Source of the DNA: Candidatus Heimdallarchaeota archaeon
GTDB taxonomy: Archaea > Asgardarchaeota > Heimdallarchaeia > Heimdallarchaeales > Kariarchaeaceae
DNA: 51,360 bases
Assembly: GCA_029882335.1 (NCBI GenBank)
Contig: JAOUKW010000001.1
Coordinates: 1 to 51,360, forward strand
Reading direction: 5' to 3'
Shown: positions 1 through 9,551 of the stretch, piece after piece
How the letters are laid out: each line of letters starts with the position of its first letter
How positions within the stretch are numbered: the stretch's first letter is position 1
Translations under genes and position numbers: made by a program
The notes under the pieces: model-generated
What the model was told of the DNA's origin: nothing
Databases searched by the model: none
The model's input: the letters and a program-made list of their open reading frames with translations, nothing else

Positions 1-275
1 TGCCACAAAAATCAAAAGAAGAAAAAATATTACCTAAGGGTGATTTAGATGGTACTGGTCCCCAAATCGAGGAATTTCAAATATCTTATTATGAAGGCAT
101 GGAACAGGCTGAATCAGGTGAATCTATCTCTAGCGAATCTGGATTAGAATTGGGTGACCTAGTTTCTCTTATAAATGAGGTATACAATATCTCAAAGAAA
201 AAACCAAATCGTAGGGATGCAGAACGAACATTAATTAAATTGGTAAACAAAATAATTATATCCATTTATGAGTGA
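1..275 (+). CDS. 3' end of an unidentified protein gene (partial, continues upstream of the window)
   Basis: Frame 3 stays open from the window edge to TGA at 273-275, about 90 codons without a stop in a stop-rich AT background. Its stop overlaps the next gene's start (ATGAGTGA). No recognisable motif. Confidence 0.3.
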   Translation, partial: PQKSKEEKILPKGDLDGTGPQIEEFQISYYEGMEQAESGESISSESGLELGDLVSLINEVYNISKKKPNRRDAERTLIKLVNKIIISIYE

Positions 276-1152
276 TGACAATCTGTATAAAAACAAAACT
301 TATTTAGGAATTCTAGGTGATCCTGCAAAAATTGAACTTTATGATGAATCTTTCTATTCAGCATTAAAATATGATGATACCCAGGTTTCATTTAATTTAC
401 TTGGAGCTTCTGAAAAATATGTAAACAGGATAAACTACAAATTAATGTTCAGTAAATTTTCTCATGAACTAACTGGTTATAATTTTAAAGATAATTTACC
501 TTTTCTTACAAATAATTCTACACATTATTCCTGGAGAATAGGATTATTTCCAAGTGGTATCAATCATCTTATTCGTGGTCCAAAATTTATATTTTCCCCA
601 TATCCCATAAACTCTACTAGTCAGTATTTAAAATTGAAATCAAAAATAATAACCAATTGTTTAAAACCATTTGTACGACAGAAAATGATACCAATTGGCT
701 ACTGTCCTTTGGGTGGGAAGGCAAGCCAACGTACCAAAGCCAAAACTAATTATTCAAATGATAGCTTAGCAGAATTATTTAATCAAGCAAGATTTAATAA
801 TTATTTGAAATTACTTTATCTTGAAGCTGGGTCTGGAGAACAACCGGTAGATAAAAATATTATCCAAAATATATTTTTAAATCAATTGGCTCACCCGGAT
901 AAACCAACTAATATTCAAAAATTGCAGCAATTATATCCTGATGCTGATCGATTTATATTATCGGGATTTATTTATGGTGGAGGAATTACTTCTATTAATG
1001 ATTTAGAGCGTATTATTGGTATAAACGATCAATTTAATATAATTCCTCAGTACGTAATTATTGGTAATATCTCTGAAAATAATATTGATATGACCTTTAA
1101 ATTAATTGATAAATTTCAAGAATTGAATGAAATAGCCTCTGTACTAGTTTAA
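268..1152 (+). CDS. Geranylgeranylglyceryl phosphate synthase-like prenyltransferase (PcrB/GGGPS family)
   Basis: The C-terminal half carries family signatures as I remember them from archaeal GGGPS: LLYLEAGSGEQPV, then FIYGGGITS and VIIGN. The N-terminal half is diverged and has insertions. Confidence 0.55.
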   Translation: MSDDNLYKNKTYLGILGDPAKIELYDESFYSALKYDDTQVSFNLLGASEKYVNRINYKLMFSKFSHELTGYNFKDNLPFLTNNSTHYSWRIGLFPSGINHLIRGPKFIFSPYPINSTSQYLKLKSKIITNCLKPFVRQKMIPIGYCPLGGKASQRTKAKTNYSNDSLAELFNQARFNNYLKLLYLEAGSGEQPVDKNIIQNIFLNQLAHPDKPTNIQKLQQLYPDADRFILSGFIYGGGITSINDLERIIGINDQFNIIPQYVIIGNISENNIDMTFKLIDKFQELNEIASVLV

Positions 1153-1616
1153 CATTCTTTATCAGTTTTACACGCAAACATTCTTTGAATAATTATAAAA
1201 GATAAGACAATTAGGATAATTCCAATCGTTTGGTAACTTGTTGCTCTTCCTACATTATGAGGATCTGTTGTTGCTTGTCCCAACATATATAATCCTAATG
1301 CACCCATGAACATAACTATTCCTGCAACTAATCCTTCAAGTATAAATTGTCTATCTTGCTCTCTCATTATCAACAAAGGATTTCCATTTGCATCTGCTCC
1401 ACGTGCATAGGGTTGATCAACCCAATCATATACTCCACCCGAGAATACGAATAATACCCCCAAGAGAATAATAGTATATATTAAGGAGACAGGTATTTTC
1501 TTAGGTATAGAAATTTTTATTCTATAAAAAATAAATTGAGGTCTTCTCAATAATGGTAACCATGGTAATTTAAATTTGGTTGTACTCAATCTAAATGTAC
1601 CTTTTACTTCAAGCAA
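1149..1616 (-). CDS. OSTC/DC2-like small membrane protein (OST3/OST6 superfamily, oligosaccharyltransferase accessory subunit homolog)
   Basis: 155 aa with 3-4 predicted TM segments. FVFSGGVYDWVDQP...DRQFILEGLVAGIVMFMGALGLYML aligns by eye with my recollection of human OSTC (FLITGGIIYDVIVEPP...[25 protein letters not shown]). Length and topology also match. Confidence 0.6.
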   Translation of the reverse strand: MLEVKGTFRLSTTKFKLPWLPLLRRPQFIFYRIKISIPKKIPVSLIYTIILLGVLFVFSGGVYDWVDQPYARGADANGNPLLIMREQDRQFILEGLVAGIVMFMGALGLYMLGQATTDPHNVGRATSYQTIGIILIVLSFIIIQRMFACKTDKEC

Positions 1617-1650
1617 TTAAATCTTTAGATTTATTACTTATATAATGAAT

Positions 1651-2259
1651 TTATTTGAAATTTAATATTTTTCCACTTCGTTTAGCAATTAATATTGCTG
1701 CTTCTTCATGTATCGGTATTTTACCATCTCTTCTAACAGAGGTATTAACTTCATTTACAAGTTCTATTACTGAAATTTCAGAAAATTGTTTTATGATTGA
1801 ATTTAATATCTCATAATTACGATCAGCGCCTCCACCATCACCAATTCTAATTACCAATTGATGGTACTGAATTTCTTTGATTTTATTGGAAATCCAAATT
1901 ATTAACTTTCGCATTGAGGAAAATGTATTTGATGTTATTACTTCACCTTCAATGAGAAGAGCGGTACCAATTGATTTTCCAGGATCAATCCCAATGAAGC
2001 ATTTAAAAAATTTAGGTTTACAAATTAATTGTTTTAATATCAATGATCGAATAGTAATAATACTTAAATTTTGATGAATTATCAATATTTGTTGATCGAA
2101 TAAATGTTTTTCTTGTGGACTTGAGATTATTATTTGGTTCGTTGGTTTTGTCATGTTTGGAAAGATATGAATGATATTGTGTTTATCACCTATTGCCAAT
2201 TTAATTTTATAAGCTAGAGTAAAATTTTTAGAAGCAACTATTACAGTATTTCGATCCAA
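1651..2259 (-). CDS. RNase H-fold (RuvC/YqgF-like) nuclease-domain protein, function unknown
   Basis: FIGIDPGKSIGTALL resembles the first acidic motif of RuvC/YqgF (GIDPG). C-terminal HEEAAILIAKR resembles the last RuvC motif (acidic-x-x-A-x-x-I-A). There is also an internal IRIGDGGG. Confidence 0.35.
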   Translation of the reverse strand: MDRNTVIVASKNFTLAYKIKLAIGDKHNIIHIFPNMTKPTNQIIISSPQEKHLFDQQILIIHQNLSIITIRSLILKQLICKPKFFKCFIGIDPGKSIGTALLIEGEVITSNTFSSMRKLIIWISNKIKEIQYHQLVIRIGDGGGADRNYEILNSIIKQFSEISVIELVNEVNTSVRRDGKIPIHEEAAILIAKRSGKILNFK

Positions 2260-2335
2260 TAATTACAATATTTATTAGTTATACTTCACTTTTTCTTCAT
2301 AAGTATAATAATAAAAATAAATTATATAGAGAAAT

Positions 2336-2845
2336 ATGAAAATTACTGAGTGGTTTCATAGTATAAACGACATAAATTGTTTGTTTACATTAAATTATAA
2401 AAATATGAGAAAAACTATACAATTATTACTTTCTCAAATAAATGAATCACATTTAATTCTAGATTGCAATCATATGTGGCATTCTAACGCAATGAATTCA
2501 AACTCAACAATTATAATGCCAAATAATTTGACCGAATTGCTTTTGTTATCAAAAAATCTACAATATAATTTCCAAAATTCTAAACTGTTCATCATTGATA
2601 TGTTACCAGTTTTTTTTTCTGATTACCAAGGTACTAAGTTTAAAAATTGGCTTACAAATAAAAAGAAGATTTCATTTTATATATGTAATATGAATTCATT
2701 AAAAGATAACAGAAAAATTATCTTGCTTTTCCATTCAAACACATTAAATCCGGAATATCCTGTATTTTTTGATATTTTGCGATATTATAAGATTCCTTGT
2801 TGGAATTTCAAATCTCCTGAAGAAATAGTGCCTTTAGAGTATTAA
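2336..2845 (+). CDS. Hypothetical protein
   Basis: 169-codon ORF with an ATG start in an otherwise unoccupied region. Codon and amino-acid bias resemble the neighbouring genes. No confident motif. Confidence 0.4.
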   Translation: MKITEWFHSINDINCLFTLNYKNMRKTIQLLLSQINESHLILDCNHMWHSNAMNSNSTIIMPNNLTELLLLSKNLQYNFQNSKLFIIDMLPVFFSDYQGTKFKNWLTNKKKISFYICNMNSLKDNRKIILLFHSNTLNPEYPVFFDILRYYKIPCWNFKSPEEIVPLEY

Positions 2846-2908
2846 TTTTTTATTTGACAAAATAAATTAAGTGATTAATAAGATGTAATTGAGTATACCT
2901 TATGTAGA

Positions 2909-3208
2909 ATGCCAGGTTTATTAGAAGATAATTCAAAAATTTCAAGCCAAGACCGTTTATTCACTGTTATCTGCTTAATAATGCTAATTGAACACAAAGA
3001 ATTAGGTTTCGAAGAATTAATTAAAATTACTGGATTAACTTTTACCGATATTAGACAATCAATTCAGAATCTAATTAATCTTAGATTGATTGAAGTTATT
3101 CCAAATAATTTAAAGGTTCCAAAATTTAAAATTATTAATGAACAGGAATCCAAACAATTTTTAGAAACAACTGGAATTGATTTTTCTGATACTAAATCAG
3201 TAAATTAG
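2909..3208 (+). CDS. Small winged-helix (wHTH) DNA-binding protein, putative transcription regulator
   Basis: 99 aa. LGFEELIKITGLTFTDIRQSIQNLINLRLIEV has the helix-turn-helix plus wing pattern of ArsR/MarR-like wHTH proteins. Confidence 0.4.
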   Translation: MPGLLEDNSKISSQDRLFTVICLIMLIEHKELGFEELIKITGLTFTDIRQSIQNLINLRLIEVIPNNLKVPKFKIINEQESKQFLETTGIDFSDTKSVN

Positions 3209-3327
3209 TAATTGAGTCTTATTGTATTATGATTCTATCATTTACTTCTTGTAAGAATAATTGATTTTTTTAATGATATTATTTATTATAATTTATTTAA
3301 CGATAACAAACATATTTTGGTGTTTTT

Positions 3328-4218
3328 ATGAGTGAATCAACAATTCCAACAGTTAATGGAAAACCATTAGAAGAGGTTATTAAGGAACTACAAGAACGAT
3401 TTCATATTGTAGGCCGAGAAATAGAATTAAAACTGTGCCTTGCAGCAAATTTGGCAAAGAAACACTTGCTTTTGGAAGGAGATGTTGGTGTTGGAAAAAC
3501 CACAATGGCACATGCATTAGCGAATTATTTTTCTCTGAATTTAGAAAGGGTTGATGGTGATGATAGATACAGTGCTGCTCGACTTGTAGGGCATTTTGAT
3601 CCACCAATGGTGATTCAAAAGGGATACACTTGGGAATCATTTGTTCGAGGACCACTGGTTAGTGCCATGCAAAATGGTTCTATTTTATTTCTTAATGAAT
3701 TGAATAGGATGCCTGAAGGTACTCAAAATGTATTATTAGCTGCAATGGATGAAGGTGTAATAATGGTTCCAAAACTTGGCATCGTTGAGGCAAAGGATGG
3801 ATTTTTTATAATAAGTGCTATGAACCCTCAAGAATTTGTTGCAACAACTCCATTATCAGAAGCTCTAAAAGATCGATTTGCTTGGATTCGGTTACAATAC
3901 CAAACAGAAGAGGAAGAAAGACAAATAACTCAAATAAGAACAGGTGTTGATGATGAGCAAATTCTAAATACTGTTGTTCGAATAACTCGTAGAACTCGGG
4001 ATTGGAATGATCTACGACGTGGGAGTTCTATCAGAGGTTCAATTGATTATGCAGGAATTTTACAATACTTGGATAAAACCCAACCAAAATCATGGATTGA
4101 TGCTGGTATTATGGCACTTGCTACTAAAATTGAATTGGAGGATGGAATTGATAGACGAGTAGAAGAAGTACTCACTGAAATAATTAATGAGGTATTAGCA
4201 GAACAAGATTTTTTATAA
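3328..4218 (+). CDS. MoxR-family AAA+ ATPase
   Basis: Walker A LLLEGDVGVGKTTMA, Walker B ILFLNELNR, and a MoxR-like length of 296 aa. A VWA protein follows immediately, which is the classic MoxR-VWA pair. Confidence 0.8.
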   Translation: MSESTIPTVNGKPLEEVIKELQERFHIVGREIELKLCLAANLAKKHLLLEGDVGVGKTTMAHALANYFSLNLERVDGDDRYSAARLVGHFDPPMVIQKGYTWESFVRGPLVSAMQNGSILFLNELNRMPEGTQNVLLAAMDEGVIMVPKLGIVEAKDGFFIISAMNPQEFVATTPLSEALKDRFAWIRLQYQTEEEERQITQIRTGVDDEQILNTVVRITRRTRDWNDLRRGSSIRGSIDYAGILQYLDKTQPKSWIDAGIMALATKIELEDGIDRRVEEVLTEIINEVLAEQDFL

Positions 4219-4274
4219 GGGAGGAAATCTCAGGATCTGAGATTCCCGATGATCTATCTAAAAAACTTTCATCT

Positions 4275-5300
4275 ATGAGAGGAAAATACGATAAAGAGAA
4301 GATTTTAGAGGCAGAAATCGTAACGGGAAGGAGATCTGTTAGTCATTATCACAAACTTTCTAAGGGAATGGATTTTGTTCAATTGAAAAAACAAACGGAA
4401 ACAGCAATTGAGGTAGAAAATATACCTGCAATTCAGGGATTAGCCTTATCAAATTCTTTAGCTGTTGCAGAACAAATGTCATCAAAAGAGGGTTTTCAAA
4501 TGATTTCTCGTAGGTCATCATCAGGTGATAATTCAGCACCAAATTTATTTTTCATGCTGAGAGGTAATCTATCTGAAAGAGCTAGGCCCATATTTCGTAG
4601 ATTAGCAAGGCAAAGCGTGTTAAAGGTGTCCCGAGGGATTACTGGTAAAGGATTACGGGGAGATATAATTGTCCGAACTGAATACCATCCTGGTATTGAA
4701 GATTTTGATGATGAGTTAACATTGGAAAATTATATGGAAAATCAGTTGTTAACATATGAGGATATTGTTGCAATAGAGAGAAGGGAAAAATCAAAATCAG
4801 GAGTATTGATTTTTGATACTTCAGGGTCTTTATATGGTGGGAAGTTTACAACTGCTGCTTTAGCGGTGGCAATAATGGCTTATCATCTAGAGCATGATAA
4901 TTTTGCGGTGGTTTTATTTAATACAAAATCATATCTCATAAAAAGGGCGAATGAAAAGATTGAGATAAATGAATTAATTAACAGAATATTAGATTCTGAA
5001 AGTGCCGGTTATACCAATATAAATGAAGCTTTGGAAAAAGGAGGAATTGAACTAAAAAAGATGAGGGGAAACAATAAATTTGCTATATTAGTTACAGATG
5101 GTGTATTTAACAAAGGAGGAGATCCTAGAAGACAAATTTATAGATTCCCTAAACTTCATATTCTTGGTTTACCTACAAAACATGATTGGGGACGTAGACT
5201 CGCTCAAGACATGGCTCGTAGATCTGGTGGTAGATTTGCTATGGTATCTTCACATGAAGATGTTCCCAAAGCTTTGATGAACTTACTAAGACATACATAA
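4275..5300 (+). CDS. von Willebrand factor A (VWA) domain protein, partner of MoxR
   Basis: MIDAS motif in VLIFDTSGSLYG (DxSxS), with a later ILVTDG strand. It lies directly downstream of the MoxR ATPase. Confidence 0.7.
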   Translation: MRGKYDKEKILEAEIVTGRRSVSHYHKLSKGMDFVQLKKQTETAIEVENIPAIQGLALSNSLAVAEQMSSKEGFQMISRRSSSGDNSAPNLFFMLRGNLSERARPIFRRLARQSVLKVSRGITGKGLRGDIIVRTEYHPGIEDFDDELTLENYMENQLLTYEDIVAIERREKSKSGVLIFDTSGSLYGGKFTTAALAVAIMAYHLEHDNFAVVLFNTKSYLIKRANEKIEINELINRILDSESAGYTNINEALEKGGIELKKMRGNNKFAILVTDGVFNKGGDPRRQIYRFPKLHILGLPTKHDWGRRLAQDMARRSGGRFAMVSSHEDVPKALMNLLRHT

Positions 5301-5432
5301 TGAAAAATATTTTTCAAAATTGAGTTTCTCAAAAAGTAGTATATTATATGTAAATAAAAAGGAAAAACTAAAAGAATAGTAAGTATGAGGTTTTTATGTT
5401 GAACCTCAGAATATATTAAAGAAGTGTGTGCG

Positions 5433-7484
5433 ATGAGTAATAAGTTATCTAAAGATGAAGTAATTGATATTATAGTAAAAGAAACAGATTATACTAGAGA
5501 TGAAATAGAAGAAAAAATAAGAGAAACCGTTGAAATGATGGATAACATGGTAAATGAAGAAGGTGCTGCGTATGTAGTAGCAAATCATTTGAATGTTGTA
5601 ATTCATTTTGATAAATCTAGCGATTTATTAAGGATAAATCAATTAATCCCTGGACAATCTAACATAACAATTATTGGGCGATTATCCAAAATTTTTCAAG
5701 CTCGTAATTTTAATAGAAAAGATGGATCAACTGGAAAGGTTCAAAATTTAGAGTTGATTGATGCAACTGGTAATATTAGAGTAGTTCTGTGGGATAATGC
5801 AACGAATCTTATAAAGGAAAAAAATTTATCAGTGGGAAAAGTTATTCGATTAATTGGAGGTAATACAAAACTTGGATTAAATAATACCACTGAGCTATCT
5901 ATTGGATCCCAAGGAACGATATCTGAAGTGGTAAATTATGATAAAAATGATTATCCTGAGGTAAAACATTCCGATCTTATTTCAATTGGCGATATATCTA
6001 CTTCAAATCAAGAAGTGAGTATCCGGGGAAAAATCATGGATATACAACCAATTTATGAATTTTCAAGAGAAAATTCAACTGGAAGAGTAATGAGTACAAA
6101 TGTAAAAGATGTAACTCAAGAAATCCGAGTAGTATTTTGGAATGAACAGTGCGAAATTGGATTAAAATTAAAAATAAATGATGTAATCGAAATAACAGAT
6201 GTTAGAGTTAGTGAAAATAAAAATGGTTATTTAGAATTAATTTACAATTCACATTCTCAGTTAAAAATGGTTGATGATCCAACCCTAGCATCATTATCAG
6301 GTAGTATTAGTAGGGAAATAAATCAATTATCTGAAATTTCTGAGGATATGGATTTTGTGTCATTTAAAGGCAAAATATTAACAATTCAGGAGAAAAAAGA
6401 ATTTAATAGAAATGGAGAATCCAGTTATTTACAAAATATAATGGTTAAAGATAATACGCGAAATATTCGAATTACCTTATGGGGTAATAAAACAGATGAT
6501 CTGACTGAATTTAAAGAGGGCGATTTTATACGAATAATTAACGGTCAACCAAAAATCAGTTCATATTCGGGGGAGTTAGAGATATCATGTGGTTCAAGAT
6601 CTTCTATTGAAAAAATCCCAGCATTTGATATAACAAGTACCTCTGATGTGGTATTATCCCAAATAGATATTCCAATGAGTGGGGTAAATATCAAAGTAAA
6701 GGTAGAAAAAATCTTTGAAACAAGAGAATTTACAAGAGATGATGGTTCCACGGTAACTGTTTTAAACATCTCTGTAGTTGATAAAGAGGGGAATAGAGGT
6801 AAAATCGCTGCATGGGATGATAATATATCAAAATTAAGTGATATCAATGAAGGAGATGCGATTCTTATAGAAAACTCAAAAATTAAACCAAGTTCAGAAT
6901 ATGACCCGGAAATAAGTATCAATCCCTATTCCACTATTCAGATTATTGATGTAGATGAAGTAGTACCTATATTTCAAACTGCTGATAAATTAACAGATAA
7001 TATTATCTATCAAAACGTAACATTAGATGAATTACAAACTAATATGTATGTTAAAGTAAAAGGAACTATAGTGAAGGCATTTAACCCTTTTATTTATGAT
7101 TCTTGTAAAAAATGCAATAAAAAAGTAGATATGAATGGATTACAATTCAATTGTGCTGAACATGGGGAAGTAGAGGTAAATAAAAATATGATACTTACAA
7201 TTGTTTTGGATGATTCTTCTACTACTTGTAACTTAAAATTTTTTGGAAGACAAGCAGAAAAACTACTAGGTATGAGTGCAAAAGAAGCAAAGGATTTAAT
7301 TGATAGATTACAGGATGATCTTGCTCCTATAACTAAATCTGATATCTCGATGAAAGATATAATGATAGAAGGTAAGGTTAATTATGATGAGCACAGAGAT
7401 CAGTTGGAAATACAAGTAAGAAATGTTGAATTGATTTCCTTATATGAGGATACAAACTCGATATTAGATCAATATGATTTTTAA
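5433..7484 (+). CDS. rpa: Replication protein A (RPA/RFA) large, multi-OB-fold single-stranded DNA-binding protein
   Basis: Four repeats of an OB-fold pattern: IRVVLWDNAT, IRVVFWNEQC, IRITLWGNKT, GKIAAWDDNI. C-terminal zinc ribbon CKKCNKK-x11-CAEHG. The ORF track starts at GTG 5424; ATG at 5433 (MSNKLSK) is the more likely start. Confidence 0.75.
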   Translation: MSNKLSKDEVIDIIVKETDYTRDEIEEKIRETVEMMDNMVNEEGAAYVVANHLNVVIHFDKSSDLLRINQLIPGQSNITIIGRLSKIFQARNFNRKDGSTGKVQNLELIDATGNIRVVLWDNATNLIKEKNLSVGKVIRLIGGNTKLGLNNTTELSIGSQGTISEVVNYDKNDYPEVKHSDLISIGDISTSNQEVSIRGKIMDIQPIYEFSRENSTGRVMSTNVKDVTQEIRVVFWNEQCEIGLKLKINDVIEITDVRVSENKNGYLELIYNSHSQLKMVDDPTLASLSGSISREINQLSEISEDMDFVSFKGKILTIQEKKEFNRNGESSYLQNIMVKDNTRNIRITLWGNKTDDLTEFKEGDFIRIINGQPKISSYSGELEISCGSRSSIEKIPAFDITSTSDVVLSQIDIPMSGVNIKVKVEKIFETREFTRDDGSTVTVLNISVVDKEGNRGKIAAWDDNISKLSDINEGDAILIENSKIKPSSEYDPEISINPYSTIQIIDVDEVVPIFQTADKLTDNIIYQNVTLDELQTNMYVKVKGTIVKAFNPFIYDSCKKCNKKVDMNGLQFNCAEHGEVEVNKNMILTIVLDDSSTTCNLKFFGRQAEKLLGMSAKEAKDLIDRLQDDLAPITKSDISMKDIMIEGKVNYDEHRDQLEIQVRNVELISLYEDTNSILDQYDF

Positions 7485-9079
7485 GAAGATAGAAAATCTA
7501 TTTTATTCAAACCAAAAGATTTTAAATTTGTTACTGTCACTTGTCCTGGTGTTGGTATAATGTTTAGGGATTTTTGGAAACTTGTTTGATTTTGCATAGT
7601 ACCGCTATTCAGGATTTGAACTCCACGATAATATCCTTCTCCATTAATATGAATATGTCCTCCATGGAAAATATCTGGAATTCTGTCAATGACTAGATGA
7701 TCTCTGGGTTCTGTTGCCAGAGGTGTCTTAGATCCCCATATTGGAGCTAAATGACGAGCTCGCAACATTTGTCTCATAACTTCTACGGGCTTATCTGCCT
7801 GTAATCCAGGTATGTGATTTAAAATATCTGGAAGACTTGTACAATGGTACATCAATGTTTCTACTCCATGAATTTGTACTTGAGTTGGATTGGGTAGTAA
7901 ATGAACATTTTTCATAGAATTCAATGCAGGTGCATATTCTGGTGGAATACGCGGCTGGGGTTCAGCTGATCGTACCATATCGTGGTTACCTGGAATTATT
8001 ACTATTTCAACATCTTCGGGTATTTTTTCTAAATATTGGGCAAAAACTTGATATTGTTCTCTAATGCTATCTATTGATAAATCATTATGCTGATTGGGAT
8101 ATATACCAACCCCATCTACAACATCACCACTAAACAGTACATATTTAGTCTGTTGTCCTAATAATCTCATTTTGTTATTACCGTATTCACCATTTAGAAA
8201 ATTTATAAAATTTAACAACGGTTGCTCAAGGAAATTTTTCGATCCAATATGAATATCCGATAAAAATGCAGCGTGAACAGGTATATCTGCTCTATTGTTT
8301 TTCTTATGATATGGAATATCGGGTAGTAAGATCTCTTTCGCAATAAATACTTCATTAAAATAATTACCTATTACACAAATAACAGAATCATCCATTATTT
8401 GAACTGCTTCCTCAAGAAGTATCGCATTTGATTTAGGTATTACTGCTTGAATTGATCTATCAATAGTAGGATCCTCTAAAATAATTATTCCTCCACCTGT
8501 TGGATTAAATTGTTTTTCAACAACCATACCTATAATTGATACCTCATTATCAGATCTCTTCAAGTTTTTAATTGAAGTAATGTATGGGATATCTCGCCTT
8601 CCTCTAAAAATACTGGAAAGCCTTTGGTATCTATCCTGAAAATATCCAATTAAATCCTGAATATTTCCGGATAAGTTTTCTGAAAAATTAACCTCACTAA
8701 CAACATTAAATTTTGATTCATAATTAGATAATCCTGTTAAATCATCTAATGATGTTTGTAAACCTATATTGTTTAATTTTATTTGACTTTTTACATTTTG
8801 ACTACTTTTTGACTGTCTTGTTGATCTTGTTTTGGTTGTTCTTCTAGGTATTTTAGGTCTATTTACATCTGAATTTGAGACTGTGATTATTGTATTTTGC
8901 ATAGTAACAATTAATTTAAGGTCATTTGCAGAAAGTATATTATTCCTGTTTGGATTTGCAAGATATTTTTTAATACAATCGATGGGAGAGATAGTTGACT
9001 TTAGAAATTCGACTGCATCAGGCTGTACTATAATTCCAGACTGAATTAATTCCTTCACAGCCACCCTTATTTCTTCCAC
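7481..9079 (-). CDS. dp1: DNA polymerase II (PolD) small subunit DP1, 3'-5' exonuclease
   Basis: Calcineurin-like phosphoesterase motifs in the order typical of archaeal DP1: FLSDIHIGS, SGDVVDGVGIYP, IPGNHD, HGGHIH. An N-terminal regulatory domain and an OB-like middle region are present; 532 aa. Confidence 0.85.
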   Translation of the reverse strand: MEEIRVAVKELIQSGIIVQPDAVEFLKSTISPIDCIKKYLANPNRNNILSANDLKLIVTMQNTIITVSNSDVNRPKIPRRTTKTRSTRQSKSSQNVKSQIKLNNIGLQTSLDDLTGLSNYESKFNVVSEVNFSENLSGNIQDLIGYFQDRYQRLSSIFRGRRDIPYITSIKNLKRSDNEVSIIGMVVEKQFNPTGGGIIILEDPTIDRSIQAVIPKSNAILLEEAVQIMDDSVICVIGNYFNEVFIAKEILLPDIPYHKKNNRADIPVHAAFLSDIHIGSKNFLEQPLLNFINFLNGEYGNNKMRLLGQQTKYVLFSGDVVDGVGIYPNQHNDLSIDSIREQYQVFAQYLEKIPEDVEIVIIPGNHDMVRSAEPQPRIPPEYAPALNSMKNVHLLPNPTQVQIHGVETLMYHCTSLPDILNHIPGLQADKPVEVMRQMLRARHLAPIWGSKTPLATEPRDHLVIDRIPDIFHGGHIHINGEGYYRGVQILNSGTMQNQTSFQKSLNIIPTPGQVTVTNLKSFGLNKIDFLSS

Positions 9080-9491
9080 ATATTCATTTATCGTTTATTA
9101 TTAATTAATTATTTATCTGCTACACATGTTAAATTACTATTTTTTGAGAAAATTAAAAATCTGTAACAATATATTTAAAACTATTTTCAGTCAATTTTTC
9201 ACTACATCTATTATATATTTTACCTTAATTAACCACCGAAAACATTATAATATTGCATATTTGAAATACCAAATGGCAAAATATTCATTTTTATGATCAA
9301 ATTTCTATGGATTTTTTCAGCGACAGTCGCGATGTATCTCAAAGGTTAAAATATGTAAGATGTCTAATAAATATGCTCAACTATTATCGGTGTTCTTAGC
9401 CGATGAGTAGCAAAGATCATATTTGTGTGAGCTACATTCTATAATAAAAATCCACGGATTTTTTGTCATACAGAAGAGCAATTTCACATAC

Positions 9492-9551
9492 CCACCATGA
9501 CTTAGAAAATTTTATCTAATATAGATAAGATTTTCCAACGATATTCTTCTT
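9492..9551 (+). repeat. 5' arm of the 23S rRNA processing stem
   Basis: ccaccatgactta (9492-9504) and cgatattcttctt (9539-9551) are exact reverse complements of 13526-13538 and 13512-13524 downstream of the rRNA. The 34-nt spacer 9505-9538 is itself a hairpin (ttatct/agataa core). Confidence 0.75.

Noticed and set aside
2336-2845. Degenerate RecA/KaiC-like ATPase (strand-like HLILDCNH and KLFIIDMLPVFF)
   Set aside because: There is no Walker A P-loop and only two short hydrophobic-Asp strands, which are common by chance. Too weak to call; kept as hypothetical.
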